Positions 10,190-20,155 of a stretch of DNA of 64,000 nucleotides are shown piece after piece; position 1 is the stretch's first letter; each line of letters starts with the position of its first letter. The translations under genes were made by a program, and so were the position numbers. The notes beneath the pieces are model-generated. The model did no database searches and had not been told where the DNA came from. It saw only the letters and a program-made list of their open reading frames with translations. This DNA comes from Clostridiales bacterium UBA4139 (GTDB lineage: Bacteria > Bacillota > Clostridia > Lachnospirales > Anaerotignaceae): contig DFWH01000014.1 of assembly GCA_002380805.1 (NCBI GenBank), forward strand, positions 9,646-73,645. Reading direction: 5' to 3'.

Positions 10190-13100
10190 AAAGCCATTGC
10201 TGAATAAACTAAAGAAGGCAACAGCCTTTGCTTTGGTAGCAACTATTATTTCAGCAGATTTATGTTATGTACATACAGAAAAAGCCTATGCAGCTTCTTT
10301 TAGCATGGGAGTGGAAAATCATTGGGCTGAACAGTTTATGCGTAACTTATATAATAGGGGCATTATGAGTGGGGACAAGAGTGGGAATATGAACCCGGAT
10401 AAACCCATAACAAGAGCAGAATTTGTATCTATTATTAATCGTACTTTTGGCTATACAAAAGCGGGAAAAAATCCCTTTAAAGATGTGAAAGGTACAGAGT
10501 GGTATGCGGATGATGTTGCAATTGCATATAACCAAGGGTACTTTTCAGGGGATGGGAAAAATACAGCCAACCCCCAAGGAAAATTAACCAGAGAACAGGC
10601 CATTGCCATGATTGGTAGAAATCTGAAGTTAGAGGAGATTCCAGGGGTAAACACCTCCTTTGCTGATGGGCAGAGGGTTGCAAGCTGGAGCAGGGGTTAT
10701 GTGAATACTGCCACGGACAAAGGTTTTATTTCTGGCTATAAAGACAAAACATTTAAGCCTCAAAACTATATCACCAGAGCAGAGGTAGCCAAGGTGCTTT
10801 CAGATGCCGTAGGGGAACTGGTGGCTTCCTCCGGAACGAAATACTTAGGTACACAAAATGGTAATGTTACCATTGCTTCCTCTGGGGTTACCCTGAAAGA
10901 TACCATTATAAAAGGTGATCTTTATATTACAGAAGGAACCGGCTTAGGCCATACATATTTTGAAAATGTACATATCTTGGGAGATGTAATTGTAAGTGGT
11001 ACTGGCGAGAGTTATGCAGGAAAAAGTAGTATTACATTCCAGGATTGTTCCGTATCCAACTTAATCGTAGATGGGACAAGCAAAAATATTAGATCAATTA
11101 AGTTAAGCGGAAATACCATTGTTGACAATACAAAGATAAAGAGCAGTACTTATTTAGAAGAAACAGCAAGCCGTGGTGGCGGTTATAAAAATGTTGTATT
11201 AGACGGGCCAGCAAAAACAGAATTGCACTTATCCGGTCTTTTTGATGAGGTGATAGTAAAAGGATCTCAAAATTATTTATATTTAGATAAGGAAACCATA
11301 GATACTCTCATTATTGATGAAGAAGCCGTAGGTAGCAAGGTATTCTTGGATGTAGATACATACGTGAATAAATTGTATATGGATGTTGGTATAGAGGTTT
11401 CTGGGCGAGGCGAAATTGGCTACTTAAAAGTGAATGCTGCAGGGGGAAAGGTTTCTATGCTTCCTGATGAGATTGAAATTAGACCGGGCTTAACTGCAAA
11501 CATCAATGATAAGAACATGACAAGTAAGGATGCGGAGGAAGCATCCGATTCTCCTAGAATTTTGGAAGATTACCCCGAAGTAGTGGAAATTGGTTCAACG
11601 GATGCCATGGGCAAGTTTAAAACCAATAAGCCAGGCATGATTTATTGGACAATAACTTACTACGAAGATGGTAGACCTAGTAAAGAAGAGATTCTAAAAC
11701 CAGGAAAATATAATACAAAGATTAAAAAGTCTGGATCGTTCAATATTCAATCTCAGACAGAAATTTCTATAAAGCTCTCAGGCTTAGAAATGAATACGGA
11801 CTATATTTTATCCGCTGTGTTAATGGATGATAGAGGGGATAGTAGCGATAGAAAAACAGATTATTTTACTACTTCTGATAACAGTAAGGCTGGATTTTTG
11901 TCAGGGTATCCAAAAGTAAAAGAGGTTGCTGATGTATCTGCAACTTTGGAATATGTATCCAACAAAGATAGCGATTTGTATTGGGCTGTTTATGAAAAAG
12001 GTCATCCAGCACCTGACAGCAAAGCATTAAAATCGCAAAAACTTTATGGAACAATAAAAAACGGTGTTGAAGAAGATTGCAAACGATATGAGGGAGATAC
12101 CCTTTTGGTTTCAGGCCTAAAGGAATTAAATAGCTACGATTGCTACATTTTGCTATCCGATGGCTCAAACGATTCCTCTGTATCAAAGGTGCAGTTTACA
12201 ACAAAGGATGCTACTGCTCCACAGTTTAACCTAGGCTATCCTAAGTTGACAGCCTCAGAAAAGAATACAGCGGAAATTTCAGTTAGCCTGAATGAGGAGG
12301 GCATGGTGTATTATGCTATTTACTTAGGTGGAACACCTTTTCCTGTTCAAGAACAGGTAAATGCAGCACCCCCTGTGATTACTTCAGAGGAAGCAAAACA
12401 GCAGGTGATTAAAGGTAAGGGCGCTGATAAGACTGGCAAAACTTCAAGCCTAAAGGCAGACACACCTGCAAGCATTAAGTTATCAGGGCTTAAGCCAGAG
12501 GAAGAATACGATGTTTATCTAGTTGCGCAGGATAAGAGCGGAAACTTATCAGAGATTAAAAAGATAAACATTGAGGCAAAGCCTGACTTTATTACAAATT
12601 ATCCTCAGGTTCGTGAGATTCGTAACTTTTCTGCAAATATTGCGGTTAATGTGACGAAGGATTGTAAGGCATACTGGGCTGTATTGCCAGCTGGCAGCAT
12701 TGCACCAAATGCAAACAATCTAAAAACACAGATTGTCTCGGGGGCAACCAATAAAGGCATAATGGAAGAATGCAAGAAAAATGAGGAGGCTATTTTAACT
12801 GTGGATAGCCTGAAAGAATATTCAAAGTATGATTTCTACATTCTGGTATCTGACGGATTGAAAGAATCGGAAGTTGAAAAAGTTGAATTTCAAACAGCAG
12901 ATTTATCTGCGCCTATTTTTGCAAATGGATACCCTGCCATGGACAAGGTTACAGATAAGTCCATTGATGTAAAGGTGAGAGTGAACGAAGCGGCTACAAT
13001 TCACTATGTTTTGTGCAAAAAAGGGGATACGTTCCCCCTTCCTGTGCCTCCTAGCACAGATAAGCCGGCGTTAGACTCTGATGAGGCAAAAAATCAGGTT

Positions 13101-15368
13101 GTGTTAGGTAGTAGTGGTTTTAAGAGTGGTAAAGTTTCTGCAAAGCAAAATGTTGAAACGAAAATGAGCATTTCTGGTTTGGCGGCAGAAACACCCTATG
13201 ACCTTTACATTGTTGCGAAGGATAATTTTGAAAATATTTCTAGTGTTATCTATATGGATGTAAAAACAGCTGACTTCACAGCGCCTAAGGCTGAATTGGA
13301 ATTTGAAGAAACAATCAGTGGAGATGTGGTTGCTGGTAGTGAAATTAGAATTAAATTCAGTGAGGTAGTAATGGATAATGCCTCTAAGAAAAAATTATCT
13401 GCTGTTGATAAAGATGCCTTAGGGGAAAATATTGTTCTGTATGACCTTTCTGATGTAAAAAGGCCAAAAATAAGTATAGACTTTACAAATGTTCTTGTAG
13501 AGGACATTGATGGAAAAACTGTTGTAACTTTCCCTAAGGATGTACTGAAATTAAACAGTGGTAATGCCTATGAATTTGAATTAAACAAAATCGTAGATAC
13601 ATCTGGAAACAGAATGGACGAAAAAACATTACTTCCATCTTTTAATACAGTAGCACCTATGGTGGAAATTTTGAAAACAGTTCCGCCGAGGGAAATGGAT
13701 ATGACATTTGAGTTGGTTCCGCAGGTTTCAGAAACCAACGAAAATATTTTCTATGACGTAATATTCCAAAGTAGTGAAAAGGTTAGCTTTAAGGTATATG
13801 AAAAAGTAATGACTGATGCTGTTCCCACATTTAAAGAGGTTGAATCTGTGTCTGGGGAAAATGGTGTTATCGTAGAAAAAGGCAAATCTATTTCTCTTCA
13901 GTTTATTAAAGATAAATTGGTTGAGGGTGCGTCCTATAAGTATAATAAGTTCTCCGATTTAGACCATACGGAATATGGGATTAAGATTATTTCTATTAAT
14001 GGAGAGAAAGATAGAAATGGATGGGAAAGTACTGTAAACTTTGGGGTGAAGTGCGTCATCGGTGGTGAGGCAGGCCTTAGACCTGTTTCTGATAACCCAA
14101 CAGATCGATTTGATGGAGCAGTGGCTGACGGAGATGTAACTGTGGTAAACTATCCAAAAGACTTTAGTGTGAAGGTGTATTTTACAGATATGGTTGTTCC
14201 TGACTTTGTTGCTGGTTATCCAAGAATTCAAATTGGCGATACCATTGTAAGACCTGTGGTTCAAACAACAAAGAAGGCAACTTTCTATTATCTGGTTGCA
14301 AAAAAGGGTAGCGTATCCAATGTTACTCCTGATGCAATTATGAATGGAAGTTATAAGCCTCAAGATGGATCCTGTGGTAGCTTTAGCGTACCTAGCGGAT
14401 ATACAGAAAATGAGTTTAGAATTGAAGGATTAAAACCGAATATAGACTATGTAATGTATTGCTTCTTGAAGGGAACGCCAGCGGCTACTTCGGCAATGAA
14501 GGAAATAAATTTTAGAACGACAGAGGTAGCGGCTCCTGTTATGGGTGGAGGACTGAAAGATAGACTGGAGAACTCGGCTGTTATCGATTTAACCTTGGAT
14601 AAAGAAGCAGATATTGATTGGATTGTATTTAGTAGCAAATCGAAACCAGCAGGATTAGATGACGAAGGAAATCCAAACTATAATAATATAGCTGCCGAAA
14701 TTATTCGAGCTAAGGAAGAGAACGCAGCTTACAAACCCATTGACTTTGGTTCATCGGTAGCTAAAATTAATAAAGGTGAAACTTTAGCAAAGGCTTCTGT
14801 AACCATTAATAATCTTGAAAGAAATGTTTATTATGATTTCTATGCAGTGGCAAAATCGCCAGTGGGTGGTGGGAATTCCAATATTGTTAAAGTGTTGAGT
14901 ATCACTCCTGCTGATAGAACAATACCTACTGTAACGGTAAAAACTACGATTACAAACTATGGAACTGGCAGTGCTGGAAGACCATATAGTGGTTCGGTAA
15001 ACCTTTCCTTCTCAGAACCCATGTATTATATTCCGGGTGATGGGGCTGAGTTACTACCCCTTGATGTAACTGCATTTAAAAATGGCTTAGAATGGGGAGA
15101 CTTTGATGTAGAAGTTGCTGAACCAAAAGCCACACGTCTGGAAGTAGTCTCTTATAGCTCTACGGATGTAGGCGGAGGCGTAAGGGCATTGACATCAGTA
15201 ACAATTAAGTTCTCCAATGTCTACAACAATTCAACGATGTATTTTAGCTATCCATTATCGGATAAAAATACAAATGTTGCAGGCAGGCTCTATTTAAGCT
15301 TTGTGGATGAGGAAATAAATGGTCAGAACAGAGCGAAGTCCTATTGGCAGCATGAGTTTGTTTATTAA
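10170..15368 (+). CDS. Large S-layer homology (SLH) protein with FN3/Ig-like repeats
   Basis: Signal peptide ending AYA; three SLH motifs (ITRAEF, LTREQA, ITRAEV); about seven ~110-aa P-x-F-x-x-G-Y-P repeats; start could be 10170, 10176 or 10179. Confidence 0.85.
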   Translation: MRMMQFKKPLLNKLKKATAFALVATIISADLCYVHTEKAYAASFSMGVENHWAEQFMRNLYNRGIMSGDKSGNMNPDKPITRAEFVSIINRTFGYTKAGKNPFKDVKGTEWYADDVAIAYNQGYFSGDGKNTANPQGKLTREQAIAMIGRNLKLEEIPGVNTSFADGQRVASWSRGYVNTATDKGFISGYKDKTFKPQNYITRAEVAKVLSDAVGELVASSGTKYLGTQNGNVTIASSGVTLKDTIIKGDLYITEGTGLGHTYFENVHILGDVIVSGTGESYAGKSSITFQDCSVSNLIVDGTSKNIRSIKLSGNTIVDNTKIKSSTYLEETASRGGGYKNVVLDGPAKTELHLSGLFDEVIVKGSQNYLYLDKETIDTLIIDEEAVGSKVFLDVDTYVNKLYMDVGIEVSGRGEIGYLKVNAAGGKVSMLPDEIEIRPGLTANINDKNMTSKDAEEASDSPRILEDYPEVVEIGSTDAMGKFKTNKPGMIYWTITYYEDGRPSKEEILKPGKYNTKIKKSGSFNIQSQTEISIKLSGLEMNTDYILSAVLMDDRGDSSDRKTDYFTTSDNSKAGFLSGYPKVKEVADVSATLEYVSNKDSDLYWAVYEKGHPAPDSKALKSQKLYGTIKNGVEEDCKRYEGDTLLVSGLKELNSYDCYILLSDGSNDSSVSKVQFTTKDATAPQFNLGYPKLTASEKNTAEISVSLNEEGMVYYAIYLGGTPFPVQEQVNAAPPVITSEEAKQQVIKGKGADKTGKTSSLKADTPASIKLSGLKPEEEYDVYLVAQDKSGNLSEIKKINIEAKPDFITNYPQVREIRNFSANIAVNVTKDCKAYWAVLPAGSIAPNANNLKTQIVSGATNKGIMEECKKNEEAILTVDSLKEYSKYDFYILVSDGLKESEVEKVEFQTADLSAPIFANGYPAMDKVTDKSIDVKVRVNEAATIHYVLCKKGDTFPLPVPPSTDKPALDSDEAKNQVVLGSSGFKSGKVSAKQNVETKMSISGLAAETPYDLYIVAKDNFENISSVIYMDVKTADFTAPKAELEFEETISGDVVAGSEIRIKFSEVVMDNASKKKLSAVDKDALGENIVLYDLSDVKRPKISIDFTNVLVEDIDGKTVVTFPKDVLKLNSGNAYEFELNKIVDTSGNRMDEKTLLPSFNTVAPMVEILKTVPPREMDMTFELVPQVSETNENIFYDVIFQSSEKVSFKVYEKVMTDAVPTFKEVESVSGENGVIVEKGKSISLQFIKDKLVEGASYKYNKFSDLDHTEYGIKIISINGEKDRNGWESTVNFGVKCVIGGEAGLRPVSDNPTDRFDGAVADGDVTVVNYPKDFSVKVYFTDMVVPDFVAGYPRIQIGDTIVRPVVQTTKKATFYYLVAKKGSVSNVTPDAIMNGSYKPQDGSCGSFSVPSGYTENEFRIEGLKPNIDYVMYCFLKGTPAATSAMKEINFRTTEVAAPVMGGGLKDRLENSAVIDLTLDKEADIDWIVFSSKSKPAGLDDEGNPNYNNIAAEIIRAKEENAAYKPIDFGSSVAKINKGETLAKASVTINNLERNVYYDFYAVAKSPVGGGNSNIVKVLSITPADRTIPTVTVKTTITNYGTGSAGRPYSGSVNLSFSEPMYYIPGDGAELLPLDVTAFKNGLEWGDFDVEVAEPKATRLEVVSYSSTDVGGGVRALTSVTIKFSNVYNNSTMYFSYPLSDKNTNVAGRLYLSFVDEEINGQNRAKSYWQHEFVY

Positions 15369-15408
15369 TTCGTATGTTTAAGCACTGTTGATAAAAGGTG
15401 ATGATTGT

Positions 15409-15443
15409 AATAAGGCAGACAACTTAGTTGTCTGCCTTATTTT
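15409..15443 (+). terminator. Intrinsic terminator after the SLH gene
   Basis: AATAAGGCAGACAAC-tta-GTTGTCTGCCTTATT-tt. Confidence 0.85.
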
Positions 15444-15459
15444 GGGTATAGACATAAAT

Positions 15460-15501
15460 AAAAGGCATCTTTAGAAATATTAATTTCTAAAGATGCCTTT
15501 T
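15460..15501 (-). terminator. Terminator hairpin downstream of tRNA-Arg
   Basis: AAAAGGCATCTTTAGAAAT-atta-ATTTCTAAAGATGCCTTTT perfect inverted repeat abutting the tRNA 3' end. Confidence 0.8.
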
Positions 15502-15502
15502 C

Positions 15503-15575
15503 TGCACTCTACAGGATTCGAACCTGCGGCCTTTCGGTCCGGAGCCGAACGCTCTATCCCCTGAGCTAAGAATGC
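15503..15575 (-). tRNA. tRNA-Arg (CCG)
   Basis: Cloverleaf: acceptor GCATTCT/AGAGTGC, anticodon arm TTCGG-CTCCGGA-CCGAA, T-loop TTCGAAT; CCA not encoded. Confidence 0.95.
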
Positions 15576-15591
15576 ATAAATCGTACAGTCT

Positions 15592-15620
15592 ATTTTACAT
15601 GGAATACAATAGGATGTCAA
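15592..15620 (-). promoter_or_regulatory. SigA promoter of tRNA-Arg
   Basis: TTGACA-N17-TAAAAT with TG extension on the minus strand. Confidence 0.8.
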
Positions 15621-15760
15621 ACTTTTCTGCATTATTATTAACGAAAAGCTAGTTGAAATACGGGGTGTTATATTATTTCTTATGTTTCTTTCTCCATGCT
15701 TTTTTGCTATAATACCAATAAAAAGGGAGAACCTGGATTTTGGGTGTTGAGGAGGGCGAA

Positions 15761-17359
15761 ATGTACGAGCCTTATAAAATTTTGCTGGTGGATGATGAAG
15801 AAGAGGTTCGTACCAGCATAATTAAGAAAATTGAGTGGGAAAAGATAGGTTTCACAGTAATAGGTGATGCAGAAAATGGGCGGGATGCCTTAGAAAAGGT
15901 AGAGCTTTATGAACCGGATGTCGTTCTTACTGATATTCGAATGCCCTATATGGACGGCCTGGCCTTAGCCGAACAGATTAGAAAATTGCGTCCATCCATT
16001 AAAATTATTATATTTTCTGGATATGACGATTTTGAATATGCAAAGCAAGCAATTTCTTTGAATATAACCGAGTATATCCTAAAGCCGGTAAACGCGAAGG
16101 AACTTATGGAGATACTAGAAAGAGTAAGAAAAAATCTTGATGAGGAGATCGAGCGTTTAAGGGGGGAGAAGGCTTTAAAGGAAAGCTATTATAAAAATCT
16201 TTCTATTCTTAGAGAAAATTTTCTTGGAAATTTGGTAAAGGGAAAGGTTAGGGTCGAGGAGATTGCCCCCTACATGGAAGAGTATGATTTACCACTGCTT
16301 CGAGGAAACTGCTGGGTAGCAATAAAATTAAATATGGGAAAAGGAACAGCAGAGCTTAATGGGTTGCACGGGGAAGGGTTGCTGACGGTTTCCATCCGAA
16401 AGTTGATTGATGAGAAGCTTGCCAACTGGGAAAGCTTTGCTACATTTCAACGGCCATCAGGTTTGTGTGGCATTATTGCTATGAAAAGTGATAAAAGCCT
16501 TTCTGGGTTGATGTCAGTTTTGGAGGATGTGTGCCGAGAAAGCAAGAGAATCTTAAAGCAACCGTTAACCATTGGCATTGGCGGGGTGGTTAATCGCTTG
16601 GAGGATATGGAAGTAAGTTATAGTGGTGCGAGGGAGGCAGTAGAATACAGCAAACTAGTGGGGGATGTAATTTTCATTAATGATGTGGAGCCTGTTCGAG
16701 AGGCCATTATGCGTCTGGATGAAAAGGCGGAGGCAGTGCTAAACTACTCTTTGCGTTTTGGCGATGAAGAAGCTATTATCTCTTGTGTGGAAAGTATAGC
16801 ACAAAAGATGAAAACCGGTGCCCTAAGCCACAGCGGGATTCAGGCGTATGTAATTGGAATTTTAAATGCTGTTCTGCGAGTGGTTCAAAAATATGAGTTG
16901 GACGAGCAATTAATATTTGGACAGTATACTGACTATAACGGAGTTATCTCGGGTGTTTTGACGGCGGATGATCTTTTAGAATGGCTAAAAGACATTTGTT
17001 TTTCCATCAGTGCGTGCCTAACAAAGGAAAGAGACGGAAGCACTAGGGCTTTAATTCGGGAAGCGAAGCGCTATATCGCTGAGAACTATGCTAATTCAGA
17101 ATTATCTTTGGAAATGCTTTGTGGACATCTTCATATGAGCACCGCTTACTTCTCTACTGTTTTTAAGAGGGAGGTTGGAGAAAGCTATACTTCTTATTTA
17201 ACAGGGGTGCGTCTAGAAAAAGCGGTAGAGCTATTAAAAGATACGGATTATAAAACCTATATGATCGCCTCTAAGGTTGGGTATGATGAGCCCAATTACT
17301 TCAGCTATGTATTTAAAAAGCGCTATGGCGTATCACCCAATAAATTCCGAGGGAAATGA
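15761..17359 (+). CDS. Two-component response regulator, REC + AraC HTH (YesN-like)
   Basis: LLVDDE, DIRMP, C-term AraC HTH (VGYDEPNYFSYVFKK); ATG 15761 after SD GGAGG. Confidence 0.92.
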   Translation: MYEPYKILLVDDEEEVRTSIIKKIEWEKIGFTVIGDAENGRDALEKVELYEPDVVLTDIRMPYMDGLALAEQIRKLRPSIKIIIFSGYDDFEYAKQAISLNITEYILKPVNAKELMEILERVRKNLDEEIERLRGEKALKESYYKNLSILRENFLGNLVKGKVRVEEIAPYMEEYDLPLLRGNCWVAIKLNMGKGTAELNGLHGEGLLTVSIRKLIDEKLANWESFATFQRPSGLCGIIAMKSDKSLSGLMSVLEDVCRESKRILKQPLTIGIGGVVNRLEDMEVSYSGAREAVEYSKLVGDVIFINDVEPVREAIMRLDEKAEAVLNYSLRFGDEEAIISCVESIAQKMKTGALSHSGIQAYVIGILNAVLRVVQKYELDEQLIFGQYTDYNGVISGVLTADDLLEWLKDICFSISACLTKERDGSTRALIREAKRYIAENYANSELSLEMLCGHLHMSTAYFSTVFKREVGESYTSYLTGVRLEKAVELLKDTDYKTYMIASKVGYDEPNYFSYVFKKRYGVSPNKFRGK

Positions 17360-17370
17360 GGTGAAATTTT

Positions 17371-19182
17371 TTGAGTCTAAAAAACCGATTTAAAGAAATG
17401 GTTCAACAGTGGATGGAGAGGAGAGGAAGAAGGCCTGAGTTAAAGCAGGTGATTTGGTTCTCTTTTACGGCCACAGCAATGGCAACGGCCCTAATCATGG
17501 GTATTTCTTTCTATGGGCGATTTTTGGCACAAATTAAAGACACCTTTCGGGAGGAAAACCAATTTTTAATGGAGCAGGCCAGTTATAGCTTTAGCAACCA
17601 CCTTCGGAATATGATGAAAGTTTCGGATTCTCTATATTATAGTGTAATCAAAAAGACAGACATGGAGATAGAGTCAGTAACTGATTCCTTTCAGTTGATG
17701 TATGATACGAATAAAGATCATATTGAGAGAATTGCATTGTTTTCAATGGATGGTCGTTTGTTGGAGTCAGCACCGGCGGGGAAAATGTCAAAGGGTACCA
17801 ATATTAAAAAAGAAGATTGGTATTGGGATACTCTAGCTAGTGAAGAAAATATTTGTCTGGGAAAACCTGAGGTTGCCCATTTGTTTGAACCAAGCAGACA
17901 AGAGTACACACGAGTGGTACCTATGACCCGCATTGTCCAAATGACCGTTGGCGACCATGTGGAAAGAGGAATTTTATTAATACAGTTAAAACACAATGAC
18001 TTTCAGGATGTATTTAGTAATATCCTGTTGGGTGGAGGTTCCTATCTTTACCTCACTGATGCCGATGGTGAAATTATTTACCATCCACAGCAGGAGCTTG
18101 TGAAAAGCGGTTATGTGGAAGAGGCTATTGATTTAAATTCCATACCCTCCAGTGGTATTGTGAAGAACATAGGCGATAAGCAACGGGAGTATTTTGTTAA
18201 AACCGTTGGGTATACAGGATGGAAGATAATAGGTGTAACTCAAACGGATGGAATTGCCCTAAACACATTTAAGAGTAGTATGTTTATTGCATTTTTAACA
18301 CTATTTTTCTTAAGCATAATTGTTGTGATTAATTCATTCCTATCTAAGCGTGTTTCTGCACCCATGGGGCGGCTAGAAGAAGCTGTAAACCGAATCGAAG
18401 CGGGTAACCTAGATACAGATATTGAGCCTTCAGGGTTCTATGAAGTCTGGCATTTGGGTCGTGCCATAGATAAGATGAAAAACAACCTAAAAAGGCTTAT
18501 GGAGGATATCGTAAAGGAGCATGAGGCAAAAAGAAAAAGTGAGCTGATGGCTTTGCAGAATCAAATCAACCCCCACTTTTTGTACAATACTTTGGATATC
18601 ATCGTTTGGATGATTGAGAACGGTAAGAAGGATGATGCAGTAAATGTTGTTACTGCTCTGGCCAGGTTTTTTCGTATCAGTCTAAGTCGGGGGTGTACGG
18701 TAATCACTGTGCAAGATGAGGTTGAGCATGTCCGGAATTACCTTATGATACAGGAGATGAGATTTAAAAATCGGTTTTCCTACGAATTTCACCTGGAGGA
18801 TGGGGTTGAGACATTAGGAACCATAAAACTGATTTTACAACCCATAGTGGAAAATGCCGTTTATCATGCCATGGAATTTATGGATGGTGATGGGGAGATT
18901 AAGGTTTCTGTTTTTCGTCAGGGGGAGGATTTATATTTTCTGATTCAGGATAATGGCTGTGGCATGACTCAGGAGCAGGTGGAGAAATTGATGAATGGTA
19001 TGGACATCTGCTCAGGTAAGGGAGCGGGTGTTGGACTAAGAAATGTTAGGGAGAGAATTCGCCTTGTTTTTGGGGACTCATATGATCTTTCTATTGTCTC
19101 TGAGCCTGATGAAGGGACAGAAGTCAGAGTGAAGATTCCTGCCATTTCCTATGACATATTGCGTCAAAGGGGGTTGGACTAA
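17371..19182 (+). CDS. Sensor histidine kinase, YesM/LytS-like (Cache, HAMP, His_kinase, HATPase)
   Basis: QINPHFLYNTL, LQPIVENAVYH, DNGCG, GVGLRNV; two TM segments. Confidence 0.92.
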   Translation: MSLKNRFKEMVQQWMERRGRRPELKQVIWFSFTATAMATALIMGISFYGRFLAQIKDTFREENQFLMEQASYSFSNHLRNMMKVSDSLYYSVIKKTDMEIESVTDSFQLMYDTNKDHIERIALFSMDGRLLESAPAGKMSKGTNIKKEDWYWDTLASEENICLGKPEVAHLFEPSRQEYTRVVPMTRIVQMTVGDHVERGILLIQLKHNDFQDVFSNILLGGGSYLYLTDADGEIIYHPQQELVKSGYVEEAIDLNSIPSSGIVKNIGDKQREYFVKTVGYTGWKIIGVTQTDGIALNTFKSSMFIAFLTLFFLSIIVVINSFLSKRVSAPMGRLEEAVNRIEAGNLDTDIEPSGFYEVWHLGRAIDKMKNNLKRLMEDIVKEHEAKRKSELMALQNQINPHFLYNTLDIIVWMIENGKKDDAVNVVTALARFFRISLSRGCTVITVQDEVEHVRNYLMIQEMRFKNRFSYEFHLEDGVETLGTIKLILQPIVENAVYHAMEFMDGDGEIKVSVFRQGEDLYFLIQDNGCGMTQEQVEKLMNGMDICSGKGAGVGLRNVRERIRLVFGDSYDLSIVSEPDEGTEVRVKIPAISYDILRQRGLD

Positions 19183-19183
19183 G

Positions 19184-20143
19184 GTGAGAAAAAGAAAAAT
19201 CTTTATCATTGTAGTTGTTGATATTATTATTTTGTCGTTTCTGCTTTTGGCCTCCTCAACCGATTTAATCTTGAAAGAACGCCTTGAAAAATCCGATAAG
19301 ATTACTGTCCTAGTGGATGCAGTGGGCTCAGAGAGTGATGAAAATTTTAAAATGGGTCTCACGAAAGGTGCTATGGATTGGAATATGGACGTAAACCTAA
19401 GTTATATCACCAATTATGAGGACGTTGAGGATATCAAGGCTTTGTTGCAAAAGGAAATAGACAATGGATCGGCAGGGCTGATTTTGAATTGTAAAAACAA
19501 AGAGATGGCAGAGGGTATTCTTTCTGTTGTCCCTGTGGGTATGCCAGTTATCCTTTGGAATATGGATATGGAAGCCCCTCGTGTGCGGGGTACTGTTTCT
19601 GGGGATCGGGATAAGGAAATATCACTTTTGGTTCAGGAAATTATGGATGTAAGAACGGAAGGACAGGATGTGGCGTTAATTGAGCGACATGGAAGTTATC
19701 CTGAGGTGAATTTCATCCATGAGGAGTTAAATAACAAGCTCACAGAGAAAGGTGTTCAGGTGAGATTGGTAAAGATTGAAGAATTAAGCTCCGCAGATAC
19801 ATTGGTTAAGGGCATGGCAGTACAAAAGAAAAACATTCTGGTATCTGCTGATTTTATGGTGCTAAAGGCTTTGGCAGAAAGTTGCCAAGAGAGCAAAATA
19901 GTATTGCCCCTTTATGGTTTTGGTTGGGGTTTAAGCATCAGAAATTGTCTGGAGGAGGGGTATGTCAGCGGTTTGGTAGTACAGCGTAGCTATGAGGCTG
20001 GCTATTTTGTCTTAAGCAAGGTGGCTAGAATGGTTAAGAAAGAAGATGACGGAGAAGAGTTGCTCATTATTGAGAGCACTTTGGTTACTCCTAGCAATAT
20101 GTATAAATCAGATATTGAAACTTTTATTTTTCCTTATACCTAA
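19184..20143 (+). CDS. Degenerate sugar-binding-fold protein (periplasmic binding protein type I), N-terminal TM anchor
   Basis: RbsB-like pattern (GYVSGLVVQRSYEAGY, LVTPSNM); GTG start 19184 abutting the kinase stop. Confidence 0.65.
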   Translation: MRKRKIFIIVVVDIIILSFLLLASSTDLILKERLEKSDKITVLVDAVGSESDENFKMGLTKGAMDWNMDVNLSYITNYEDVEDIKALLQKEIDNGSAGLILNCKNKEMAEGILSVVPVGMPVILWNMDMEAPRVRGTVSGDRDKEISLLVQEIMDVRTEGQDVALIERHGSYPEVNFIHEELNNKLTEKGVQVRLVKIEELSSADTLVKGMAVQKKNILVSADFMVLKALAESCQESKIVLPLYGFGWGLSIRNCLEEGYVSGLVVQRSYEAGYFVLSKVARMVKKEDDGEELLIIESTLVTPSNMYKSDIETFIFPYT

Positions 20144-20155
20144 AAGGGGGACAAG

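Noticed and set aside
15503..15575. tRNA-Arg (and tRNA-Gly at 58030-58100) as genomic-island attachment sites
   Set aside because: No integrase, and no duplicated tRNA 3' end noticed; each tRNA is followed by its own terminator hairpin
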